Shown here: positions 40,746 to 51,572 of the stretch, piece after piece
How positions within the stretch are numbered: the stretch's first letter is position 1
How the letters are laid out: every line of letters begins with the position of its first letter
DNA from: Basidiobolus meristosporus CBS 931.73
Taxonomy: Eukaryota; Fungi; Basidiobolomycota
Length of the DNA: 64,000 nucleotides
Direction: 5' to 3'
NCBI GenBank assembly: GCA_002104905.1
Contig: MCFE01000337.1
Span: 28,247-92,246 of the forward strand
Translations under genes and position numbers: made by a program
Notes under the pieces: model-generated
Database searches by the model: none
The model's input: the letters and a program-made list of their open reading frames with translations, nothing else
What the model was told of the DNA's origin: nothing

Positions 40746-41908
40746 ATGGCGAAGCTAATCACCTTTTTCATTGCAGTTGCTATCGTTCACTCAACCTTTG
40801 GTGCCGTTCTTCCTCGTGGAAACAAAGTTTATACACTTCCGATTCGTCGTTCATTTGCCCGTGCGTCCAGTTTATCGCGTAGAGGTGTGTATGTTAGAAC
40901 AGTAGGAAGCATCCCGGCTCAAAGCAATGTGGTTCATATAATTACTTTTTTCATTCCACTATATCGTCGATTCTGAATAGTAATGAAGCAAACCTCGGTT
41001 TCCGTCACTTATGGAAGTGGTTCATTCTCGGGAACCGAGTTCAGCGACACGGTGACGATTTCGCCTGGATTGGTGGTTCAATCTCAATCAATTGGGGTAG
41101 CTTCCTCATCTCAAGGGTTTACCGACTGCGACGGGATACTTGGTTTAGGTCCAGTTGATCTAACCCTTGGCACGTTATCTCCCAGCACTGGCTCCACAGT
41201 CCCTACCGTTGTGGACAACCTGTTTTCACAAGGTACAATCCCTAGCAATGTTTTTAGCCTCTCATTTGAGCCATCTACTTCGCTGACTTCCACGAATGGT
41301 GAGATTACATTTGGTGGCACGGATTCGACCAAATACACTGGCAGCATTGCTTATGCTCCTATCACTGCAACATCTCCGGCAAGGGATTTTTGGGGTGTTG
41401 ACGGGTCCTTCCGATATGGTGCTTCTGAGCCTATATTGTCAACTACTGCCGGATCCGTTGATTCGGGCACAACATTACTCTTACTGCCAACAGATGCATT
41501 CCTAAAGTACTGAAAAGCAGCAGGAGCGGTGATTGATAAAGCTACTGGGTTGCCCAAGCTGACTTCAGCCCAATTCGCCAAGCTGAAGTCGCTTTTCGTT
41601 ACCATTGGAGGCACTACACTAGAGCTCACTGCAAATGCCTGCATATTTCCTTGGGCATTAAACATTCAAATCGGTGGAGAGGCTGGGGGTATCTATCTTG
41701 CATTTGGTGATTTAGGTTCGAACTCAGGTGCCGGTTTAGATTTCGTTTTGGGGCTGACGTTCCTGGAGAGGTTCTATAGTGTATACGACGCAGATAACAA
41801 GAGAGTTGGTAAGTTGATAGCTTACGGAGGCCCTCGCTTTCTTTGTGCTAATATTCGTTATGCTTAGGTTTCGCCACTACTCGTTTCACACATGCGAACA
41901 CGAATTGA
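40746..41908 (+). pseudogene. Aspartic peptidase pseudogene, duplicate of 35220-36527
   Basis: Sequence equivalent to 35465-35613 (intron acceptor plus first catalytic Asp motif) is replaced by AACC near 40991. A 1-bp deletion turns TAC TTG AAA into TAC TGA AA near 41511. Confidence 0.9.
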
Positions 41909-42889
41909 TTCCATACCATTGATTGCGTATCTCTTATACCAAGATTATACTGTTGCATGCATACGTGAAGTATACCCAATAAATGAATAAGTAGACTTTT
42001 GCGTGACGATTAATCCCAATGCTCCGGTGTTGAAGTTTTTTGAAAAGGAGGGTTTCGGAATGCAGTGCATCATCTGCGGCCACTCTGTGAATTGTAACGT
42101 TACTTTCTAATATAAGTTTACTATTTCTGAAGGATCGTTATACCAACACTCTGACATAAGAATCATGTATAGCAACGGTAATAATAATGAAGCTCAGTTT
42201 TGATATGGTAACGAGAAGAGTATTTATGGGTATTTCGTTTTCTCTGACATAGAGAAGCACACAATCATACCCTCCGACACCCATACATACGGATTGTTTT
42301 ATGTTTGAAGTAGCACAACATATTTAGTGGAACAGCAACATTCTCGTAATGAGATCTGGGTGGAATAGAAGTTGAACATCAAAAAGTAGTTGTAGTGAAG
42401 GTCAGTAGACTATTCGGTATATACAACGGTAGCCTAGACTTCACATCATTTCTCGAATGCTCAGCAAGATTGGTAAATACCGTTAGAATTATAACTCAGT
42501 TATAGTGAATAATATTCAAGTAATACAAAGTTATGATACAAGTGCTACATATTTGCGGAACTGACCGCTTTCCTACGCTCATATGCTGCGAATATATTAA
42601 CACAAATCTTATAAAACTTGAGTTGACAGTCAGTGTTACACTTGGCAATAAAAAGCGAAGAGTATGAGCATTGACACGTATTATTCGTCTGTACATCACC
42701 GATAGTTAGATAAAGATTCAAAAATTTACGAGCTGCGACTGCTTGCTACAGAGCTCCAAAGCTTTTGAAATTATGAGTTGGTCCGATATACCACGCTTAT
42801 TGGTTTACAAATTATATGCATCCGCATTTATTTTTACATCCTATTTATACTAATGTTACAATCAGGTGAATACCTTCTGGCACTTCCTA

Positions 42890-44509
42890 TCAACACTCAA
42901 TGGCATCAAACTTCCGGAAGATCCAGTAGAAGATGACAGTCATGACTCCCATCAGTCCGGTTTGGATGCCGAACACATACACAAAGTTGGGGTCGTTGCT
43001 CCACACTGCAAGGATCAGGCCAATCAGACTGCCACCACAGTTGGTGAACAGGAAAAGAGAGGTCACCACCGACTTGAGCTCGGGGGCGGCTTGTCGGAAG
43101 GCAAACTCCAGACCGGTGACTGAGGCGAAGATCTCGGAGATGGAGATTCCAATGAACGGGATCACTTGCCACCAGATGGAGATGTCGTTGACTGGTTGCT
43201 CACCCTCGGGCAGGCCACTCAAATCGGTGAAGTTGTAGTAGGGGCCGGTCTTGTAGACCTGTGCTTGGAGAACGGTGACATAGACAAAGGCAAGTGTGGC
43301 AATTGTGAATCCGATGGTGATGCGTGTGATGGGGCCAAGACGGCAGCCCATTCTTCTCAGCAATGGAAAGATAGCCGTGTCAAAGATAGGGATGGCAACT
43401 ACCAGGACAAGGCTGTTGACCAGGTTCAGCTGCTCGGGCCCACTGATGAACGATGGTCTTTGCATCGTCAGTCCCATGTTGATGAAGTTGTCGGACATGT
43501 TGTAGTACAGAGCCCAGTAGAAGGGATAGAACAAGAACACCAAGCAAGCGCGCAGGGTTTTCTTGAGATCCTCGATGAACTGATCGTCCCACTCAAAGCC
43601 ATCCACCTTGGCGTAGTCCAGCCAGTGCTCGATGGGCCCATTGGTCTTGGCATTGTCCAACGGGGTCTTGCGATGGGACAGAGCATACTTGATGCAGGAG
43701 TAGGTCTTCGAGAGGACAGTGCCGGATGGAGGCTTGACATAGTACAGCTTTTTGGCGGACACGAAGATCACGAGGCCAATCACGAACATGATCGCTGGCA
43801 GCGAGTAGGCCAGGGGATAGGATCCGTAGTCGTTGGCAACGATGGGACAGATGAACTGGCCCAGCAAGGCGCCACAGTTGATGGCCCAGTAGAAGAAGCG
43901 GAAGATGCGCTCAACAGTGAGCTGTGAGTCGGTGTAGACGCCGGGGGTCTTGGTCGGGAAGATTCCTTCCTTGATCTGCTCAGCGGCGAAGGAGGAAACA
44001 TTGGACTTGATGCCGCCGGTGCCGAAGGAGATGAAGACATACAGGGCAATCACGAAGCCGATCACACCGAAGCTTCCATCCAGAGAGGCTGGGAGGGAGC
44101 TGACTGCCAGGAACACCAAGCCCACCATGTAGAAGAGGGAGAATATGACGATGGTCTTGAACTTTCCGATGTAGCGGTCAGCAACGACGGCACCAAGAAT
44201 AGTGGTGCAATAGGCCAGAAACTGGAAGCCTCTGTTCACGGCGGTGGCAGTGCTCTTGTTGAAGCCAAGAACCTTGAGCATGTAGGGTTGGAACAGAAGC
44301 GAGGCACCGTAGAAGGCAAAGCGCTCGCACAGCTCGGTGATGATGATGAACCAGGCCGCGAGGGGGACCTTTCCAGCAACGCGTAGCTTGATGTCATCAG
44401 AGTTGGGAGGATTATCTTGTGCAGCATCGATGTGCTCCACTTGGGTAGACTTTTCGAAGGGCTTTTCTTCGCTCATAGTTGTTGTGGGGAATTTCTGAGG
44501 AAACAGCAT
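42890..44509 (-). CDS. PTR2: POT/PTR2 peptide transporter, copy D
   Basis: Differs from A-C at two residues (QDD to QDN; LPTS to LPAS). Confidence 0.95.
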   Translation of the reverse strand: MLFPQKFPTTTMSEEKPFEKSTQVEHIDAAQDNPPNSDDIKLRVAGKVPLAAWFIIITELCERFAFYGASLLFQPYMLKVLGFNKSTATAVNRGFQFLAYCTTILGAVVADRYIGKFKTIVIFSLFYMVGLVFLAVSSLPASLDGSFGVIGFVIALYVFISFGTGGIKSNVSSFAAEQIKEGIFPTKTPGVYTDSQLTVERIFRFFYWAINCGALLGQFICPIVANDYGSYPLAYSLPAIMFVIGLVIFVSAKKLYYVKPPSGTVLSKTYSCIKYALSHRKTPLDNAKTNGPIEHWLDYAKVDGFEWDDQFIEDLKKTLRACLVFLFYPFYWALYYNMSDNFINMGLTMQRPSFISGPEQLNLVNSLVLVVAIPIFDTAIFPLLRRMGCRLGPITRITIGFTIATLAFVYVTVLQAQVYKTGPYYNFTDLSGLPEGEQPVNDISIWWQVIPFIGISISEIFASVTGLEFAFRQAAPELKSVVTSLFLFTNCGGSLIGLILAVWSNDPNFVYVFGIQTGLMGVMTVIFYWIFRKFDAIEC

Positions 44510-46117
44510 GGAGGATGAGGCAGCTTTTATTAGTTGTCAGCCAAGCTTAATTCAACCAAGTAACAGATTTGAGAATATTGACCGATAGGAATATAGCCAA
44601 TTTAGGAAACAGAAGCATTGGGGTATTGCAAACAAAATCCAGTCAATTATACTTGAATTAGTAGCTCATTTCTGAATATAGTCGTGATAAGCCTTCATTG
44701 CCTACTGTTTGTTCTTCAAGATTGTGAGAGATGTCAGACATGATTACCTTATATGTATTGAGCATTTCCTAAGAGCATTTATCGATCATAATAATATGCT
44801 CAATGGACAAAAGCTAAACCTTGTAGAAATGCTACTTGGCAGCTTGCCTTGTTCTGCTTGGCGCTCGGAGAAATAGTCCTGAGTAGTGTGTTGGAAAAGA
44901 TGGGCTTAGAAGCTACTTGGTTGGGTCGCTTAGGGCTAATTCTAGTCCCAACAGACCTCAGATTACGCGATATTATGTATAGCTCTAACTATTGAAATAG
45001 ACAAGCGGATATACCCTGAGTGATATTTTACATGGCACAGTCCATAGTATCGATTGTTAGTCGTAAATGAGCAAGAGAGAAGCTTTCTGAGAACTTTACG
45101 TTAGTATCGTTGTACTGATGTTATTGATCATATATTTGTAAATGTTCGAGGATGAATTCAGGAGTAATGGCGCATTATGTCGGCCCCCAATAAAGAATAT
45201 CATTTAGTTAGTATTCGACTTAGGCTTAACTGACCGAGAGAATGGTCAGGAGAGTGGCCAGGAAGAAAATCTTGAAGTTCATGGCTGATTTTGAATATAC
45301 TAATTGATGTGTAGGCAACGGCAGATGTCGTTTTGATAACCAAATATATGAGAATTCCATTTGAAAAGAAGCCTAATTGACACACGTAGTTGATCTATAA
45401 TTAAGTATAGGATAAAAATATCGAGAATTATTCTACCTGGAAATATCGAGAATTATTCTGCCTCATAGTTGGCCAGTAACTAGGGCGTATTACGCTTGAG
45501 TAAAATGCTTTCGTTTTGACACGAATGATAGTAGCTGAAGACTGCACTTGACTTGATTCAAATGGAGGACGCCTATCCAAGCAATGTATGAGGGCATTTT
45601 CCAACAAACGTATCTGGGTCAGTATTTTGAACACGATAGCCGTCAGGGTAGAAGCCTCAGATGGACTCAGACCTTGGGACAAACATGCCCTTATCATTTG
45701 CTCTCACGGCAAGCTTCACAAGCGGGGTTCTGCGTGAAAGAACAAAGTACTTGCTGAACGTGGATCTTAACCAGATCACAGAAAGAAAGAGCTTTGCGAG
45801 GAAGGGGGTGGAGCCTGGACTCCAATTACTGCCTGCCATCGAAGCATGTTCATAATTTTACGCCATGTTAATCTCTGTGGCCGACCATAAGATTAGTGTC
45901 ATGCTACCTCAGTTTAGTCAGCTAGCTCTTTGAGGCTATCAGGGGCATAGTGCAGTCCTAAGCTTTCTCCAAGTGTACGCCAATGCGCAAACAAAGCCTA
46001 GAAGAAGTTAGACTGGGAGGTTTGTTATTTGAGGGTTAGGTACCCTAAGTCATGGGTCTCCACCTGTATCTGTTAACCCACCAGATCGCACCTAGTGTGA
46101 ATATTCTAACCATGTAC

Positions 46118-46830
46118 TTAGTGGGATGACAAATATCAAAAGGTGAGATCTTTATTTTAAATTTTAAATAAAGAAGCCAGGTCAGACCTCTGATATCTGG
46201 GAAGGTGCAAGATTACAAGATGAATATGGACTTCTTTGAATCCCGGACATCCTCAATATTAAAATTAGGTGGAGAAAGGAGTAACACTCCTTGCTCATGA
46301 TAGTGTTTCCTGAAGAAGTTGGTGATTTGGGGAGATTGTAAATTCCTCAATCAACTGGTAATCTTCTGAGGAGCTCTTTTTTGAAGGAGAACAGCCTGAA
46401 GAGAGGACTGCCAAAGTGGTGTCTGAGCAAATATTCAGAGGGCTCCCAATCAATGATATTGGGGATTGTCTGGCAGGAAGAGAGGCAGTCTTGCCTGTGC
46501 TTTCCCTACAAAAATAATTGTAATGAATCCATCAAAAGGCTGTCACAAAATTTAAATCCTGTGACTAAGAGGTATTGATGCCACTAGGACACTGTGCAGC
46601 ACTTGTTGGAAAAAAATTGCACCTCAGATTTCACAAAAAACTTTGCCCAAGCTTTTGATCATAACAACCCCTAAGCAGATTTTGATTGGTACTCTGACAT
46701 TTTTGCTAAATACAGGAGATGATTGAGTGTCCAGGATTGGATAGTAAGAGAAATAGCAGATACCCAATCAATAACCCCATCTTCTTGATTATATCCAGTG
46801 TAAGGCTGTAGAGTAAGAACTAAATTAGCC
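46118..46830 (-). mobile_element. Highly degenerate relic (L0) of the telomeric non-LTR family
   Basis: Decayed tail ttagtgggatgacaaatatcaaaaggtgagatctttatttt...aaagaagccag at 46118-46180. A stop-riddled minus frame (LPDNPQYH*LGA; *LRNLQSPQITNFFRKHYH) loosely resembles the LINE C-terminus (LPECPYRHAILGA; RLHNCNNPLIKSWKRTHH). Confidence 0.45.
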
Positions 46831-46868
46831 CCATTTGGTTAGGTTTAGGTTGCTGGGTTAGAATTAGG

Positions 46869-47219
46869 TGGGAGACAGTTCCCACCAGGTGTGATCTTTA
46901 TTTTAGCTGAAACAAAGAAGCCAGTGCTACTGTTGTAGCATTGATACAAGAATGTGTAGCTGAGGGGAGTTGGTAGACAATTAATAAGAGATGAAGGCTC
47001 TTCAGTGCTTAAGACATTATTCAGTGGGAATGGGGGGGGGGGTAAGTGAGATAAGATTGACATGTCAACAACATCTATAAGGGGAACATGATATTGGCTG
47101 AAACCATTGTAAAGGGAGTGTGCTGCTTCAGATATTGCTGAAAACAATCTGCCTAGGACTTTTATAGGCCAGCTTGGGCTTGTTGTAAGAGTCTTGGAGA
47201 GATTGTAAGTCATTGGAAA
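46869..47219 (-). mobile_element. Telomeric LINE copy L1, diverged, 5'-truncated (about 350 bp)
   Basis: Recognizable tail gggagacag...aggtgtgatctttattttagctgaaacaaagaagccag plus a diverged C-terminal coding region. Preceded by decayed repeats ggttaggtttaggttgctgggttagaattagg (46837-46868). Confidence 0.85.
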
Positions 47220-47225
47220 GGGTTA

Positions 47226-48654
47226 GGGGGAGACAGTCACCAACAGGTGAAGTCTTTATTTCAGTAGAAATAAAGAAGCCAGCACTATTGTTGTAGCTCT
47301 GATACAAGAGTGTGTAGCTGAGGGGAATTTGTAGGTAAGTTAATAAGAAGTGATGATAGCTCTTCAGTGCTCAAGACACTGTTCAGTGGGAAGGGGGGTA
47401 GCAAGAGAGGTATGAATGACTTGTGAACAACATTAATGAGGGGAATGTGATAAGGATTGATATTCATCATAAAGGGAGTGTGCTGCTGCAGATATTGCTG
47501 CCAAAGGTCTGTCAAGTACTTTAGGTAGGCTAGCTTGGGTTTTTCTGACTGCAGAATATATTGAGCAAACTTTTTGACTTCAGGATCTCCAAGTATAGTT
47601 CTCCAGCAGGAGTCAGGTGTAGTGTGGTGTGTTCTCTTCCATGCCTTAATCAGTGGGTTGTTGCAGTGGTGAAGTCTGAGGTATAATCTGGTTCTAAGGT
47701 AGAGAAGTCTGATCTTGTAGGGCATAAACCCAAAAGCACCAAGAATAGCATGTCTGTAGGGGCATTCAGGCAAATGAGGCACCAAGGAAGTAATGCACCA
47801 TACTGCAAACTTGTCAAGCTTAGTGCAGTCTCTAGAAGTAAGAGAGAGAAGTGGTAAGCCAAATTCCAGGACAGGGAAGACAAACTGCTTGAGTAGAAGG
47901 AGGCAGCTGGGAGCTGAAGTTGTAGGAGGAGTAACAGCCAGTAGCTTGTGGAGTGCCTGTCTTGCCAGGATAATTCTCTTCTTCAGGTGTGCTCCAGAGT
48001 CTAGTCCAGTAGGAAGGAAAGGAAAGCCAAGATATGTAGCAGAAACCTGAGCAGGTAGAGTGGAGTTCTCCAAGTTGATGGGAGAGCCCAAAGGCACTGT
48101 CTTTGCAATGGAAAGCTGGAGATTATTCTTCTGCAGATAGTGGTGGATGGTCTGGGAGTCTTGTTGCACATTGGAGGAGGATATTCTGATGTCATCAGCA
48201 AAGAGAGTAACCAGGCAGTCAGCTGAGAGTCTTGGAAAATCATTCAGGAAGATGGCAAACAGTATAGGACCAAGCACAGAGCCTTGAACCACCCCATTGG
48301 GAACTGAGAACACAGCTGATTGCTCACTTGGGTGAAGAATTCTTGCTTGTGGATCCAGAAACAGAGACCTGACAAGGAGGGTGAGAGATGTACAGGAGAA
48401 ACATTGCAACTTGGACCAAAGCAGATTTCTGTCAACTGAATCAAAGGCCTTAGTAATATCAAACAGAACAGAGGGATACTTGAACTGGAGAGAGTGATCT
48501 TGGCTAAGTATGACTGCATATTCCAAGGAGAGGCCAGGAACAAAGCCAAACTGTGCAGGGTGAAACTTGAGGGAGTCAGAGTAGAGCTCCTGAGCAAGCA
48601 GAAGCTCAAACACCTTTCTGCAGGTGGGCAGCAGAGATATTGGCCTGTAGGAGC
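47226..48654 (-). mobile_element. Telomeric LINE copy L2, 5'-truncated within RT (about 1.43 kb)
   Basis: ORF 47285-48613 with QFGFVPG, FDITKAFDSV, GVVQGSVLGPILF, FADD. Junction GGGTTAGGG at 47220-47228. Confidence 0.95.
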
Positions 48655-48657
48655 TTA

Positions 48658-49181
48658 GGGGGGGAGGAAAGTCACCAAGTGGTGAAATCTTTATTTACTT
48701 ATGACAAGTATCCAAAGAAGCCATTTTAATCTGAAGTAATTCCTAGAAAGCTAGGTCTGAGAGATATCTTCCTGGTAAGCCAGGTCTGATAGTTGAGAAG
48801 CTGAGTGGTACTGTATTTCCTAGTTAGCTAGGTCTGAGAGAGGTTTCCTGGGAAGCCAGGCCTGAGAAGTGAGAATCTGAGTATATCTGAGGTGAGTTGT
48901 ACTGATTTGCGGTAGCTTGTTTGTGGCCAGAATGGCCAGTAGACTGGGGGAACTGAGGGGTATTTCTGGGTGATCACTGGCCAAATTTACTAGGCAAATC
49001 TGACCAATTAGCATTTCAAGGATTTCAGCCAATCAGAGCCTTTACTTTGCCCGATGGTTGATCAAGCCATCTCCCAATGAGCACACATCAATTTATTGAT
49101 CAAGTTTTGTTGGATCCAGGATTTGAACCCACAACCATGGGTATGGAAGGGTTAGGGATAACCACAAGGCTAAGTGTTCTT
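48658..49181 (-). mobile_element. tRNA-derived SINE copy S1 (about 520 bp) sharing the LINE 3' tail
   Basis: Minus-strand A box TAGCCTTGTGG (49172-49162) and B box GGTTCAAATCC (49129-49119), 32 nt apart. No T4 run on the transcribed strand. Tail AAATAAAGATTTCACCACTTGGTGACTTTCCTC(C)n. TTAGGG junction at 48655-48660. Confidence 0.85.
49119..49172 (-). promoter_or_regulatory. Pol III type-2 internal promoter (A and B boxes) of S1; identical copy at 59964-60017
   Basis: B box matches GGTTCRANTCC exactly. A box matches TRGCNNAGYGG with one mismatch. Spacing is tRNA-like. Confidence 0.75.
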
Positions 49182-49186
49182 GGTTA

Positions 49187-49926
49187 GGGGAGACAGTCAC
49201 CAACAGGTGAAATCTTTATTTCAGTTGAAACAAAGAAGCCAGCGCTACTGTTGTAGCTTTGATACAAGAGTGTGTAGCTGAGGGGAATTTGTAGGTAAGT
49301 TAATAAAAAGTGATGATAGTTCTTCAGTGCTCAAGACACTGTTCAGTGGGAAGGGGGGTAGCAAGAGAGGTAAGAATGACTTGTGAACAACATTAATGAG
49401 GGGAATGTGATAAGGATTGATATTCATCATAAAGAGAGTGTGCTGCTGCAGATATTGCTGCCAAAGGTCTGTCAAGTACTTCAGGTAGGCCAGCTTGGGT
49501 TTTTCTGACTGCAGAATATAGTGAGCAAACTTCTTGACTTCAGGATCTACAAGTATAGTTCTCCAGCAGGAGTCAGGTGTAGTGTGGTGTGTTCTCTTCC
49601 ATGCCTTAATCAGTGGGTTGTTGCAGTGGTGAAGTCTGAGGTATAATCTGGTTCTAAGGTAGAGAAGTCTGATCTTGTAGGGCATAAACCCAAAAGCACC
49701 AAGAATAGCATGTCTGTAGGGGCATTCAGGCAAATGAGGCACCAAGGAGGTAATGCACCATACTGCAAACTTGTCAAGCTTAGTGCAGTCTCTAGAAGTA
49801 AGAGAGAGAAGTGGTAAGCCAAATTCCAGGACAGGGAAGACAAACTGCTTGAGTAGAAGGAGGCAGCTGGGAGCTGAAGTTGTAGGAGGAGTAACAGCCA
49901 GTAGCTTGTGGAGTGCCTGTCTTGCC
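49187..49926 (-). mobile_element. Telomeric LINE copy L3, 5'-truncated (about 740 bp)
   Basis: Tail plus C-terminal coding region (ORF 49245-49745), ending abruptly at gtcttgcc|ttaggg. Confidence 0.95.
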
Positions 49927-49968
49927 TTAGGGTGTAGGTGTTATAGTAAGGGCTAGGAAAAGGTTAGA
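49927..49968 (+). repeat. Degenerate interstitial telomeric tract (fossil chromosome end)
   Basis: ttagggtgtaggtgttatagtaagggctaggaaaaggttag directly abutting the truncated L3. Confidence 0.7.
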
Positions 49969-50571
49969 AGAGCAGGGGGTCTGGGGGACGCAGTCCCCTA
50001 GAGAATAAAAAAGCAGGGGGTTTGGGGGATGCAATCCCCCATACTGCTCCCATACTCTTTAAATTCCCGTTGGATTACTTTTCTCTCATTCTTGGTTCTG
50101 GTCCCTTAGGGTTAGAATTCCTCCTCCTAACCCTTATCACCCTAACCATGAATATTTTTACCCTACAATTGGCACATTGTCTGCTCATATAGTGGGCATG
50201 TCTGGGCCAATATTTGTCTCCCTATACTGTCCATATGCTCTGTATAAGTCTTGATGACTATTTAATTAATAAATTGTTATTTTTAATGTATATCTAATAA
50301 TCAATGGGATTCATCCCAATCTGACCACAATCCCATATTTTGATAAGCTTTGGGCACCATAAATTGCGCAGCCCTAATATGATAAAAAAATTCATGGCCA
50401 ATACAAATTTTCTGTAACCCAATTGCTTTTACCAAATATAAAGTGTATCCCAAAGTTCCATATATATTATGGCTATAATAGAAACTTTATTTGACACCAT
50501 CGCAACTACTACTTATGTTCTATGCGCACATGTATCCTGCGGGAATTGTAAAACTTAGCCACATGGTACAA

Positions 50572-51190
50572 AAGTGCTTTTATTTTTCATCATGATAGTT
50601 TTACATGAGTTCCTAACGCACTTTGAAAGTATGCAGTAGCCATACCCCAACAGGTTTTAAGGATGTCCACTAGCTACGTCTACTTGTGTCTAGCGGGGGC
50701 CATCAATCATCAGCCGTGCAATACTGAAATGCTTTTATTTTTCATCATGCTAGTTTTGTATGAATCCCTAATGCACTTTCATAGTGCGCGGTAACCATAC
50801 CCCAACAGGTTTTAAGGATACCCACTTGCTACATTTACTTGTGTCTAGCGGGAGTCATCAATCATCAGCCGCGCGGTAATAAAGTGCTTTTATTTCTCAT
50901 CATGATAGTTTTACATGAGTCCCTAACACACTTTTATAGTGCGCGGTAACCGTACCCCAACAGGTTTTAAGGATACCCACTTGCTACGTTTACTTGTGTC
51001 TAGCGGGAGTTATCAATCATCAGCCGCGTGGTAATAAAGTGCTTTTATTTTTCATCATGATAGTTTTACATGAGTCCCTAACGCACTTTTATAGTGCGCG
51101 GTAACCATACCCCCAGAAAGTAGTGTGGATGCTTACTTTAAACGCTCACTTGTGTATTGTACGGACTATCAACAAACAGCCGCGTGGGAA
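50572..51190. repeat. Tandem satellite, unit about 155 bp, about 4 copies (last degenerate)
   Basis: Unit start aaagtgcttttatttttcatcatgatagttttacatgag recurs at about 50572, 50727, 50881 and 51036. Confidence 0.92.
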
Positions 51191-51572
51191 TGGAACATCA
51201 TAGAAAAGCATTGCTTTGTTGTTAGCAGGTATTGATGCGCAAATAGTGGTACTATGTGAATTATTGAGTAACTATTTACTCTAGTTGGTTCCAAGATATT
51301 CCTAGACAATATGCTCAAAATCAATATTAGCATCAATAGCTTGCTCTTTGATCACTAAACCACCGCACCCAATATGCGGTGGCCTTGGTTTTGTCTAGCC
51401 GTCAAGGAATGAAACCAGAATACGGTCACAAGAGAGGCAAAAGTGAAATGTGATGAAGTAAGTGTATATGAAAGTATTATAAATCTACAGGACAGAAGAG
51501 AACAACTAGTAGTTAAACAGCACTCACTGACACTCCACCAAGTAGAGCACCAACACGGACAATAAACAAGTC

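Larger units (their letters stand above)
38239..42233. repeat. Segmental duplication unit 2 (PTR2-C + spacer + protease pseudogene)
   Basis: Direct repeat of 32713-36853. Confidence 0.9.

Noticed and set aside
29290-44650. PTR2 copies as simple retroposed genes
   Set aside because: No poly(A) remnant or target duplication at the homology boundaries, and copies B and C share kilobases of non-coding flank.
45428-45855. Short ORFs proximal to the retroelement array
   Set aside because: No recognizable motif or clear gene structure.
49100-49185. SINE head as a genuine tRNA gene
   Set aside because: A and B boxes are present, but the acceptor, D and anticodon stems do not pair; the region is fused to a 450-bp body with a LINE tail.
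50572-51190. CRISPR-like array
   Set aside because: Whole units repeat with no unique spacers, and the context is eukaryotic.
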